From: Halomicronema hongdechloris C2206
GTDB taxonomy: Bacteria > Cyanobacteriota > Cyanobacteriia > Phormidesmidales > Phormidesmidaceae
Length of the DNA stretch: 32,000 nucleotides
Assembly: GCF_002075285.3 (NCBI RefSeq)
Contig: NZ_CP021983.2
Span: 360,001-392,000, forward strand
Direction of reading: 5' to 3'
The position numbers were made by a program, and so were the translations under genes. The notes below the pieces were generated by a model that did not search any database, had not been told where the DNA came from, and was given only the letters and a program-made list of their open reading frames with translations. This document shows, one piece after another, positions 23,891 to 32,000 of this stretch (positions are counted from its first letter, which is position 1; every line of letters starts with the position of its first letter).

Positions 23891-25615
23891 TTGGCGGATA
23901 TGGCAACGAATAAACCACTCGGCTCGGTCATTCAGGGCTGTCTTAGCCAGGGATTGCAGATCCGGTTGCATCCGGATGTGCTGGTGGAGGACATGCGGGT
24001 GGGTAAGTTTTTGGTGGTGCAGGGGGTGCGATCGCACTTTTTCTGTATGGTCACCGATGTGGCCTTGGGCACCGCCAGCCCTCGGATTGCGGCTAACCCT
24101 CCCGAGCCCAGTGATACCCTAATGCAGGCCGTGCTGGCCGGCACCGGCACCTACAGCACCCTAGAGCTGTCTCCCATGCTGATGTTCACCGCCCAGGAGA
24201 ATGCTCCTGCAGGGGCGAGCGGCCCTCGCCCAGGCGAGGCCAATGGCCTCGCCTCCTACAACGCCCAAAGCAGTGCGGCCGTAGAGTTGCTGCCCGTGAA
24301 GACGGTACCGGGTCACTTCAGCCAAGTCTACGACGCCAGTGAGCGGGACTTTCGCATCGTCTTCGGCTGGGAAGATGACCCCCATCGCCGCAACTTCGCC
24401 ATCGGTCAGCCCATCGACATGGACGTGCCCGTCTGCCTCGATCTAGATCGCTTCGTCGAGCGCAGCAACGGCATCTTCGGTAAATCAGGCACCGGTAAAT
24501 CCTTCCTCACCCGGCTGCTGCTGGCTGGCACCATCCAGCGGCAAGCCGCCGTCAATCTCATCTTCGACATGCACTCGGAATACGGCTGGGAGGCAGTCAG
24601 CGAAGGCAAGCACTTCAACACCGTTAAAGGACTGCGGCAGCTCTTTCCGGACCAGGTACAACTCTTTACCCTCGATCCAGACGCCACCCGCCGCCGCGGG
24701 GTGCGGAATGCCCAGGAACTCTTCATCAGCTTCGACCAAATCGACGTGGAAGATCTCTTACTGGTGCGGGGGGAGTTGAACCTCTCCGAGGCCAGCCTAG
24801 AGAACGCCATCATTCTGCGCAATGAATTTGGCAAGGCCTGGATCAATCGTCTGCTGACCATGACCAACGAGGAGATCCAGGAGTTCTGTGAAACCAAGCT
24901 GGGCAGCAAATCCTCGATCATGGCCCTGCAACGCAAACTCACGCGCCTGGCTGACCTGAAATATATCCGCAACAGCTGCCCCCACAACTACGTGGGCCAG
25001 ATTCTGGCTGCCTTAGATGCCGGTCAGCATGTGGTGGTGGAATTTGGCTCCCAATCCAATTTGCTCTCCTATATGCTGGCCACCAATGTCATTGCCCGCC
25101 GCATCCATGCCAGCTACGTGCGCAAGGCCGAAACCTTTCTGCAGACCAAGAATCCCCAGGATCGGCCTCGGCAATTGATGATCACCATCGAAGAGGCCCA
25201 TCGCTTCCTAGACCCGGCCACGGCCCGACAGACCATCTTCGGCACCATCGCCCGGGAAATGCGCAAGTACTTCGTCACCTTGCTGGTGGTGGATCAACGG
25301 CCCTCCGGCATCGACAACGAAGTCATGTCTCAAATCGGCACCCGCATCACCGCCCTGCTCAATGATGAGAAAGACATCGACGCCATCTTTACCGGCGTCT
25401 CTGGGGCCCAGAGCCTGCGCTCGGTGCTGGCCAAGCTGGACTCGAAACAGCAGGCCCTGATCCTAGGCCATGCCGTGCCCATGCCAGTGGTGGTGCGCAC
25501 CCGGCCCTACGACCAGGCCTTCTATGCCCAGGTGGGCCAACCGAGTTGGGAAGACATCGACGATGGCCCCCTGTTCCGGGCCGCCGAGGCCGCCAAGGCC
25601 GATTTGGGATTTTAA
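23891..25615 (+). CDS. HerA/DUF87-like P-loop ATPase
   Basis: Walker A GIFGKSGTGKSFL, a Walker B-like hydrophobic strand plus acidic residue (VTLLVVDQRP), and a size and layout typical of HerA-like ATPases. The start may be the ATG at 23900. Confidence 0.7.
   Translation: MADMATNKPLGSVIQGCLSQGLQIRLHPDVLVEDMRVGKFLVVQGVRSHFFCMVTDVALGTASPRIAANPPEPSDTLMQAVLAGTGTYSTLELSPMLMFTAQENAPAGASGPRPGEANGLASYNAQSSAAVELLPVKTVPGHFSQVYDASERDFRIVFGWEDDPHRRNFAIGQPIDMDVPVCLDLDRFVERSNGIFGKSGTGKSFLTRLLLAGTIQRQAAVNLIFDMHSEYGWEAVSEGKHFNTVKGLRQLFPDQVQLFTLDPDATRRRGVRNAQELFISFDQIDVEDLLLVRGELNLSEASLENAIILRNEFGKAWINRLLTMTNEEIQEFCETKLGSKSSIMALQRKLTRLADLKYIRNSCPHNYVGQILAALDAGQHVVVEFGSQSNLLSYMLATNVIARRIHASYVRKAETFLQTKNPQDRPRQLMITIEEAHRFLDPATARQTIFGTIAREMRKYFVTLLVVDQRPSGIDNEVMSQIGTRITALLNDEKDIDAIFTGVSGAQSLRSVLAKLDSKQQALILGHAVPMPVVVRTRPYDQAFYAQVGQPSWEDIDDGPLFRAAEAAKADLGF
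24028..24035. repeat. HIP1 octamer GCGATCGC
   Basis: Exact match read in the sequence. Confidence 0.9.
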
Positions 25616-25778
25616 ACCCTGCCCAAGTCGACCATGGCGGGCTATAGTCGTCCGATATGCCCTTTTTGCCCAACCTGTATGCAGTTTCAGTCCATTACCG
25701 GGGAGCAAGCCATTACTTCAGCCGGCCGCGGGACTCCTGACAGTCCCAGGGCACTCCAGTGCCCTCCCCGGCGTCACC

Positions 25779-26810
25779 CTGGCCCTATCTCTGGTGTTAC
25801 CCACCTATAACGAACAGAGCAATGTAGCCGAATTAGTGGCTCAGCTTACCCGGTTGCTCGATGAGATGTTGCCGGGGGACTACGAACTGATTCTGGTGGA
25901 CGATGACAGCCCCGATGGCACCTGGGCAGTGGCTCTGGGCCTGGTGGCTGCCTATCCCCAGCTGCGGGTGATGCGACGGCAAACAGAGCGGGGCCTGTCG
26001 TCGGCGGTGATTCGGGGCTGGCAGGTAGCCCGGGGCCAAATCCTGGCGGTAATCGATGCGGATCTGCAGCATCCCCCCGCGTTACTGCGACCTCTCTGGC
26101 AGGCCATGGAGCAGGGGGCCGATCTGGCCGTTGCCAGTCGCCACATCGACGGCGGCGGCGTCAGTGACTGGAACCTGATCCGCCGATGTCTGTCTCGAGG
26201 CGCGCAGATTCTGGGGTTGGTACTCTTGCCCGGGGTGGTAGGTCGGGTCAGTGATCCCATGAGTGGGTACTTCATGGTGCGTCGGGATGCTATCGCACAG
26301 CGGTCCCTACAGCCCAAAGGCTATAAAATCCTGCTAGAACTCCTGGGGCGGGGCCAGATCGAGACCATTGCCGAAGTGGGCTACGTGTTTCAAGAGCGCA
26401 GTGCCGGTAAGAGCAAAGTCACCTGGCAGCAATACCTAGACTACCTTCACCATCTCTGGACGCTGCGTTGGGCTCGATTTGCCGCTGGCCCCCCTGGTCG
26501 CAAGTTGCTGGCCTTGCCCATGGCCCGTTTTCTGAAGTTCGCTCTAGTGGGCCTCAGTGGGGTAGTGGTAGACATGGCCGTGCTCTATCTGCTGCACGGC
26601 GCCCTAGGGTTAGCCCTGACCCGCAGCAAAATCCTGGCCGCCGAAGTGGCCATCCTCAACAACTTTCTCTGGAATGATGCCTGGACCTTTGCCGACATCA
26701 GTGTTCGGCAGCTGGGCCGGGCCGCCCGGCTGAAGCGGCTGCTGAAATTTAACGCCATCTGCCTAGCCGGACTAGTGCTCAATGTACTGGTGCTGAACCT
26801 GCTCTATTAA
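25779..26810 (+). CDS. Family 2 glycosyltransferase (polyprenyl-phosphate sugar transferase-like) fused to a GtrA-like membrane domain; start uncertain, 3' end apparently frameshifted
   Basis: LSLVLPTYNE, LILVDDDSPDGT and IDADLQH are GT2 motifs. The C-terminal FLKFALVGLSGVVVDMAVLYLL...NNFLWNDAWTF is GtrA-like. No in-frame ATG/GTG/TTG lies between the upstream stop (25615) and the GT2 core, so the listed start is a CTG and is a guess. Confidence 0.6.
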   Translation: MALSLVLPTYNEQSNVAELVAQLTRLLDEMLPGDYELILVDDDSPDGTWAVALGLVAAYPQLRVMRRQTERGLSSAVIRGWQVARGQILAVIDADLQHPPALLRPLWQAMEQGADLAVASRHIDGGGVSDWNLIRRCLSRGAQILGLVLLPGVVGRVSDPMSGYFMVRRDAIAQRSLQPKGYKILLELLGRGQIETIAEVGYVFQERSAGKSKVTWQQYLDYLHHLWTLRWARFAAGPPGRKLLALPMARFLKFALVGLSGVVVDMAVLYLLHGALGLALTRSKILAAEVAILNNFLWNDAWTFADISVRQLGRAARLKRLLKFNAICLAGLVLNVLVLNLLY

Positions 26811-26957
26811 TCTGGTGTTTGACCAGCGCTGGCCCTACCTGGCTAATCTAATTGCCATCGCCACCGTCACCCTCTGGAATTTCTGGATCAACCTGAAGCT
26901 AAATTGGCGGGTCACCCAGATCAAGTAGGGGGCGAAAGAGGCCAAGAGACAGAGGCA

Positions 26958-27518
26958 CTAGTTAGCCTGAATCTGTAACCGTTCCAGCTTGGCCAACACT
27001 TCCTGACTGTGAATGGCGGGACGTACCCCTAGAAATCTGGCCCGCATGACTCCCTCTGGATCGATGACATAGGTGTGCCGCAGGGAGCGAAAGCCTAACC
27101 ACGCGCCATAGAGCTGGCTCACGGTGCCATTGGGGTCAGATAACAGGGGAAAGGCCAACCCTTCCGCGTCACAAAACTGATCATGGGAGGCGACATCATC
27201 GGCACTCACCCCCAGAATTTGGGCGTTATGCCGCCGATAGTCGTCCAGATCTCGCTGAAACCGTTGAGCTTCCAGGGTGCAGCCAGAGGTAAAGTCCTGG
27301 GGATAAAAGTACAACACCACCCACTGGCCCCGATAATCGGATAGGGAAATGGCGCCATCGTCGGCATTGGTGGGTAGGGTAAAGTCCGGGGCCATCTGTC
27401 CCAACGGAATTTGAGGGCCTCCCATGGCCAAGGTGCTTGGCGTCGTAGCCAGCCAACTCAGCACGACCAACCCCACCGCGAAACACCAGCGCAGCCAGGT
27501 TCGTCGACATAACCCCAT
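26958..27518 (-). CDS. bcp: Peroxiredoxin, BCP/PrxQ type, with an N-terminal targeting or TM segment
   Basis: The FYPQDFTSGCTLEAQRF active-site motif, an AhpC/TSA-like layout and a hydrophobic N-terminus. Confidence 0.85.
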   Translation of the reverse strand: MGLCRRTWLRWCFAVGLVVLSWLATTPSTLAMGGPQIPLGQMAPDFTLPTNADDGAISLSDYRGQWVVLYFYPQDFTSGCTLEAQRFQRDLDDYRRHNAQILGVSADDVASHDQFCDAEGLAFPLLSDPNGTVSQLYGAWLGFRSLRHTYVIDPEGVMRARFLGVRPAIHSQEVLAKLERLQIQAN

Positions 27519-27600
27519 TGCCCCATTGCCTCCTCATTCCTAAAACCTTAATGAAGGTTAACATTTTTCCAAGAATCAGGTCGGCGCTAGCGCTAGCGGG

Positions 27601-27840
27601 TTAGTTCCTTGCCGTGACCAACTCCCGAGATGTGTCTAACTGCCTAGCGTCGGAGCAGGTCGCCGCGCCATGGGCTAGTTGCCAAAATTGGTCTGGCTCT
27701 AGTACCTCAATTGTCTCTTGAGGACGGCTAGCGGCCCACTGAAGGGCCTGGGTGGTTTTGGGAACCACGGTTACCCATCGCCCGGTATTGGGGTCGCGAT
27801 AGGTCATGAATGGATTAGCTTTTGGCGCGAGTTTGCCCAT
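27601..27840 (-). CDS. Hypothetical small protein (79 aa)
   Basis: An ATG ORF with core-like composition. No motif recognised. Confidence 0.4.
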   Translation of the reverse strand: MGKLAPKANPFMTYRDPNTGRWVTVVPKTTQALQWAASRPQETIEVLEPDQFWQLAHGAATCSDARQLDTSRELVTARN

Positions 27841-28067
27841 AATCGTCGTCTACTGACACTACCCTGAGGATCGATTGAGCCAATTTTCGCTGAAGATGCC
27901 AGTTAGATCCATCAGATAAACTACCGAATTTGACTAAATTGACCAGTTTAAACCCCCTGCGAGTCCAGATACACAGGCTGGCGTCCAGGGAACCCAGCAA
28001 GCTTGAGCGGGACTTGATATCGTCACTTATCCTGTCTTCTCAGTAGGATCAAGGAAAACCGGATCCA

Positions 28068-29618
28068 TTGACCATGACCCTCACGGAAACAATGCTGGCC
28101 CCCCTAGGTCAAACGCTGACTGGATTGCGGCGGGCCGATGCCCTTTGGCAGCGCTATCGTCTGGGGCAGCTAGCCCCTTCCTCTGTAGTGACAACCTCGC
28201 CGCAGCCTCTTGGGGCCGTCGATTGGGATGTGGTGATTAGCGGCGGCACCCTGGGGATTTTGCTGGGGGCTGGATTAGCGCGACGGGGATGGCGAGTAGC
28301 CCTGTTGGAGAAGGGGAAGTTGCGGGGCCGGGCCCAGGAGTGGAACATTTCCCGGCGAGAATTACAGACCCTGGTAGAGCTGGAGCTGCTGACGTCGGCT
28401 CAACTGGAGGATGCGATCGCAACCGAGTACAATCCGGGCCGCATTCAATTTCAGGGTGGCGATCCCATCTGGGTACGCGACGTCTTAAACATCGGCGTTG
28501 ACCCCGTTACGCTACTAGAGCAGCTGAAGCAAACCTTTCTCGCCGCCGGCGGGCAACTTTTCGAAGACACCGCCTTCCAATCGGCCCAGGTCCATCCCGA
28601 TGGCGTCCACGTCGATGCCAATCAGCCCTTCAAGACCCGCCTGATGATCGACGCCATGGGGCACTTCTCCCCCATCGTGGCTCAGGCGCGGGGCCAGGAG
28701 AAACCCGACGCCGTCTGCCTGGTGGTGGGAACTTGCGCCCAGGGCATGCCCCATAACGACAAGGGCGACTTGATCGTCTCCTTCACCCCGATTCGCCGAC
28801 AGTGCCAATACTTTTGGGAAGCCTTTCCAGCCCGGGATGGCCGCACCACCTACCTCTTCACCTATGCCGATGCCCACCCCGAACGCCCCAGCCTAGAAGC
28901 CCTCCTGGAAGACTATTTCAGCCTACTGCCCCAATACCAATCAGTGAGCCTAGAGGCCCTACGGTTGCAGCGGGCTCTGTTCGGCTTCTTCCCCTGCTAT
29001 CGTGACAGCCCCCTCACCTATCCCTGGGATCGCCTCATTCCCATCGGCGATAGCAGTGGCAGCCAATCTCCCCTCAGTTTCGGTGGTTTTGGGGCCATGA
29101 TTCGCCATCTGCCCCGCCTCACCCAGGGCGTTGATGACGCCCTGCAGCAGGACTGCCTGGCCAGAGCCGATCTGGCCTGGTTACAGCCCTATCAACCCAG
29201 CCTCTCCGTTACCTGGCTATTTCAGCGATCCATGAGTGTGCCCATGGATCGGTCCGTCTCCGACCCGCAACAGATCAATCGACTGCTTGCGGCCATCTTT
29301 GAGGATATGGCGGCTCTCGGGGATGAGGTGCTGAAACCCTTTCTCCAAGACGTGGTCCAGTTCTCACCTCTGGCCCGCACTCTCCTGCAAACCTCACTCC
29401 ATCACCCTGGCTTGGTGCTACGGCTACTGCCCCAATTAGGCCTTGCCAACCTATTAGACTGGATGCGACACTATGCCAGCCTGGGCCTCTACAGTAGCCT
29501 GTATCCCCTGGGACGAGCCAGTCAACGCTGGCTAGAAGCCTTGCCCCAATCCTACTATCCCCATCGTTGGGTAGAGGCGCTGCAATACGGCGCCGGTCGT
29601 GACTATTCCTTGCATTAA
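28068..29618 (+). CDS. FAD/NAD(P)-binding oxidoreductase, possibly CruA/CruP lycopene-cyclase-like flavoprotein
   Basis: Rossmann dinucleotide motif DVVISGGTLGILLGAGLARRGWRVALLEK, followed by AQEWNISRREL. The family assignment beyond FAD-dependent oxidoreductase is tentative. Confidence 0.65.
   Translation: MTMTLTETMLAPLGQTLTGLRRADALWQRYRLGQLAPSSVVTTSPQPLGAVDWDVVISGGTLGILLGAGLARRGWRVALLEKGKLRGRAQEWNISRRELQTLVELELLTSAQLEDAIATEYNPGRIQFQGGDPIWVRDVLNIGVDPVTLLEQLKQTFLAAGGQLFEDTAFQSAQVHPDGVHVDANQPFKTRLMIDAMGHFSPIVAQARGQEKPDAVCLVVGTCAQGMPHNDKGDLIVSFTPIRRQCQYFWEAFPARDGRTTYLFTYADAHPERPSLEALLEDYFSLLPQYQSVSLEALRLQRALFGFFPCYRDSPLTYPWDRLIPIGDSSGSQSPLSFGGFGAMIRHLPRLTQGVDDALQQDCLARADLAWLQPYQPSLSVTWLFQRSMSVPMDRSVSDPQQINRLLAAIFEDMAALGDEVLKPFLQDVVQFSPLARTLLQTSLHHPGLVLRLLPQLGLANLLDWMRHYASLGLYSSLYPLGRASQRWLEALPQSYYPHRWVEALQYGAGRDYSLH
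28413..28420. repeat. HIP1 octamer GCGATCGC
   Basis: Exact match read in the sequence. Confidence 0.9.
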
Positions 29619-29619
29619 T

Positions 29620-30450
29620 ATGGATTTTTCCTTGGCTCGGCAACGGTTTTATCAAGCAGTGCAGCAATCGGACGACCACATCGATCTAGCTGAAGCAGCC
29701 CTTTACATCGCCCAGGAAAACTATCCTGAGTTGGATGTGCAGGCCTATCTCAATGCCCTCGATACCATGGCCGCGGAAGCGCGTGAACGCCTACCCCAAA
29801 ATCCCTATCCCCTGAAAACTCTGCAGGCCATTAATCATTACCTGTTTGACGATCTGGGCTTCTACGGCAATGCCGATGACTATTACGATCCCCGCAACAG
29901 TTTCCTCAACGATGTCATCGACCGCCGCACCGGTATTCCCATTACCCTCTGTCTGATCTACCTAGAGATCACCAAACGCCTCGACTTTCCCATGGCCGGC
30001 GTGGGAATGCCAGGGCATTTTCTGGTGCGCCCCACCCTGGATGACATGGCCATCTTCGTCGATCCCTTTAACCAAGGGGAGATTCTCTTTGCCGAAGACT
30101 GTCAGGAGCGGCTGCAGCAGATTTATGGCAGCCGGGCTAAGTTGCAACCTCAGCATCTTAATGTGGTCACTGCCAAGATGCTACTGGCCCGCATGCTGGC
30201 TAATCTCAAGGTGATTTACCTGCAGCAACGGGATATTCCCAAAGCCCTAGCCGCCATCGATCGGATTCTGTTAATGCTACCCAAGGCTGCGGTAGAACTG
30301 CGCGATCGGGGCCTGATCTACTATCAACTGGGGCGGTTAGTAGAAGCTCAGCATAATCTGGAACTCTATCTATGCGAGCGCCCTGATGCCAATGACGCCT
30401 ACGAAATTCGTCACATCATCCAGCAGATCGAACGGGTGCAGGGTGAGTGA
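29620..30450 (+). CDS. SirB1/YchA-family protein (transglutaminase-like N-domain plus TPR-like C-domain)
   Basis: RRTGIPITLCLIYLEITKRLDFPMAGVGMPGHFLVR is typical of this family. The ATG at 29620 lies 1 nt after the upstream stop and is preferred over the GTG at 29599. Confidence 0.75.
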   Translation: MDFSLARQRFYQAVQQSDDHIDLAEAALYIAQENYPELDVQAYLNALDTMAAEARERLPQNPYPLKTLQAINHYLFDDLGFYGNADDYYDPRNSFLNDVIDRRTGIPITLCLIYLEITKRLDFPMAGVGMPGHFLVRPTLDDMAIFVDPFNQGEILFAEDCQERLQQIYGSRAKLQPQHLNVVTAKMLLARMLANLKVIYLQQRDIPKALAAIDRILLMLPKAAVELRDRGLIYYQLGRLVEAQHNLELYLCERPDANDAYEIRHIIQQIERVQGE

Positions 30451-30466
30451 TATTATCCGGCCCCTT

Positions 30467-31252
30467 CTAGCTAGAGGCACTGGTATAAAACCGCAGGGCA
30501 AAGCGCCAGAACCAGCGAGAGCACTGGAGCAACCCTGCAGCTAGGGCAGCAGAACCCAGTATCCAGCCCCAATGCCCCCGATCTAGCATGGTCTGGGCCG
30601 GTACTGTTGTCAAAAAAGCTACGGGCACGATGAAGGTGAAGAAGACCCGATAAGCGGTAGGGTAGGCGACGATGGGAAATCGGCCCGCTTCCAACAGTCC
30701 CCGTAGCACCTCGGTCACATTGTAGATTTTGACAAACCAGATGCTGGTGGCCCCCAACATAAACCACAGGCTATAGAGACTGACGGCTCCGAAAATGAGC
30801 GGTGGGATGCCCCAAAGATAGTCAGACGGCTGTAACCCTAGGCGATATCCGCCGTAGAACATCATTGCCAAACCAAACCCCATATCTGGCAATCCCCAGG
30901 GCGATAACACCCGAGTAGAAAGCCAGAATTGGGAACTGATGGGCTTCAGCAAAATAAAGTCCAGGGTGCCTTCCTGCACATGGGTAACAATTTTATTCAG
31001 ATTCGGCACTAAAAAGGTGGCAGATACCCCCTGCAGCCAGGTGAAGGTGCCCAAGACCATCAGGGCTTCTTCCCAGCGCCAGCCCTGAAACTGATAACCG
31101 GTGCGGTAGAAGAGAAACAGGCCAAACAGCCCCCCACTCAATCCCCCCAGGCTGCTGAGGGCCGCGATTAGAAAATTGAGGCGGTATTCCAACTCGGCGG
31201 CAACCGCCGTGCTCCAGAACAGCTGCAGCACCCTCAAATAGCGCGTCATCAT
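30467..31252 (-). CDS. ABC-2 family transporter permease (DUF990-type)
   Basis: A polytopic membrane protein. The start at 31252 forms an ATGATGA overlap with the stop of the upstream paralogous permease gene. Confidence 0.6.
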   Translation of the reverse strand: MMTRYLRVLQLFWSTAVAAELEYRLNFLIAALSSLGGLSGGLFGLFLFYRTGYQFQGWRWEEALMVLGTFTWLQGVSATFLVPNLNKIVTHVQEGTLDFILLKPISSQFWLSTRVLSPWGLPDMGFGLAMMFYGGYRLGLQPSDYLWGIPPLIFGAVSLYSLWFMLGATSIWFVKIYNVTEVLRGLLEAGRFPIVAYPTAYRVFFTFIVPVAFLTTVPAQTMLDRGHWGWILGSAALAAGLLQCSRWFWRFALRFYTSASS

Positions 31253-32000
31253 GCCCCCATGCCGGAATACTGCTTCAGTCCTTGCCGCCAGAGCCAACGG
31301 TTGAGGGCAAAGCAGAGGCCTAGCCAGATGACCATAGCCAGGAACCCTTGGCTCACCTGCGCGGCTTGATTGGTCAGCAGTCTAGCCGGAAAGTAGATCA
31401 AGTAGGGAAATGGGGTCCACAGCACGATCTCTCGCACGGCATCGGGGAACATCTCCAGGGGCGCCACCATGCCCGAGAGGAAGGTATAGATCAAAAACCA
31501 GAACTGCTCGATGGCGCTGGCGCGCTCGGTCCAGAAGGCCAAGAGGGCAAAGGTATATTGCATCAAGAACCGTAGACAAAACGATAAGCCAGCCGCAGCC
31601 AAGGTCAAGGCCAAATTAATCGGGGTAGGCCACCAGCTGGCCTCGGGGTAGAGCACCATAAACAGGCCAAGCAGCAGGAAGACAAAGGGCAGTCGGGCAA
31701 AGCGCTCAGAGACATGGCTGAACACATGACGCCAGACCGGGTCAACGGGCTGCAACAGATAGGGGGATAACTTCCCTTCCACCACTTCGCGCTCAAATTC
31801 CCAGACCACCCACACCACCGTGAGCTGGCGCACGATAAATACTGCCAGAAAATACTGGATAAAGTCCGTCGGCTGCAGCCCAAAGCGACCGCTGGTGGCG
31901 GCTTCGGCCCAAATCCCCATGAGAATTAAGGGGAAGGTGCCCGATAGCACCCATAGAATTAACTCGGCACGGTACTCCACCATGTAGGCGTAATAGACCG
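31249..32000 (-). CDS. ABC-2 family transporter permease (DUF990-type), N-terminus probably beyond the window edge
   Basis: A polytopic membrane protein. The frame stays open upstream of Met 31983 to base 32000 (..VYYAYMVEYRAELILW). Confidence 0.6.
   Translation of the reverse strand, partial: VYYAYMVEYRAELILWVLSGTFPLILMGIWAEAATSGRFGLQPTDFIQYFLAVFIVRQLTVVWVVWEFEREVVEGKLSPYLLQPVDPVWRHVFSHVSERFARLPFVFLLLGLFMVLYPEASWWPTPINLALTLAAAGLSFCLRFLMQYTFALLAFWTERASAIEQFWFLIYTFLSGMVAPLEMFPDAVREIVLWTPFPYLIYFPARLLTNQAAQVSQGFLAMVIWLGLCFALNRWLWRQGLKQYSGMGA

Noticed and set aside
15806-25700. Numerous 60-190-aa antisense or alternative-frame ORFs inside the 1061-aa gene, ppc and the HerA-like gene (for example 16974..17483 and 24406..24987).
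   Set aside because: They are fully nested in long ORFs with clear family motifs. They are compositionally biased, as is typical of shadow ORFs in GC-rich coding DNA.
25470-25778. The N-terminal 100 aa of ORF 25470..26810, taken as real coding sequence.
   Set aside because: It overlaps the 3' end of the HerA-like gene in another frame. It is Pro/Arg/Trp/Cys-rich and lies upstream of the GT2 core. It is more likely read-through of an open frame than a true N-terminus.
1-32000. A search for CRISPR arrays, tRNA and rRNA genes.
   Set aside because: I saw no regularly spaced 25-40 bp direct repeats, no cloverleaf-like tRNA candidates and no rRNA-like conserved blocks. The only regular repeats are the attC family, the IS copies, the 636-bp duplication and the 15-bp tandem repeat.

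Overview
This looks like a cyanobacterial chromosome segment. There are five perfect HIP1 octamers (GCGATCGC) between 14.7 and 28.4 kb and none in the first 11 kb. All domain calls come from motif recognition by eye; no searches were run.

(A) 1-11.2 kb is an integron-style gene-cassette array on the + strand.
- Six attC-like sites lie at 577-636, 977-1145, 4748-4833, 6258-6343, 7139-7198 and 11113-11202.
- Each has an RYYYAAC-like inverse core and a GTTRRRY-like core. The last site is degenerate (GTCAGGC).
- Their imperfectly palindromic arms share GCAGCGG-A-CGG and CCGCCGC boxes, with the same unpaired A in the 5' arm.
- No integrase is in the window. It would be expected upstream of position 1.

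Cassette contents, in order:
- A UDG-superfamily-like gene, present twice (1-636 is identical to 6563-7198).
- A small membrane protein.
- A 3.7 kb AT-rich cassette. It carries a P-loop GTPase with a hydrophobic C-terminal region, a cytoplasmic trypsin-like protease with two zinc ribbons, a YbjN-like protein, and a UPF0175/PIN-like toxin-antitoxin pair.
- A 1.5 kb AT-rich two-gene cassette (DUF4145-like protein plus an acidic protein that shares a wHTH-like module with it).
- A vWA/coiled-coil cassette whose 5' end carries back-to-back IS4-like and IS5-family insertions.

The GTPase/protease/YbjN-like trio is my best candidate for an undescribed conflict or defence system.

(B) 11.2-32 kb is core-like DNA.
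- A DUF4157 toxin-like gene is cleanly split by a second identical IS5 copy.
- The rest comprises an MBOAT acyltransferase coupled to a 1061-aa DUF1574-like protein, PEP carboxylase, a beta-barrel protein and a HerA-like ATPase.
- It also holds a GT2-GtrA glycosyltransferase with frame problems, a peroxiredoxin, an FAD oxidoreductase, a SirB1-like protein and two ABC-2 permeases.

I saw no rRNA, tRNA or CRISPR array.
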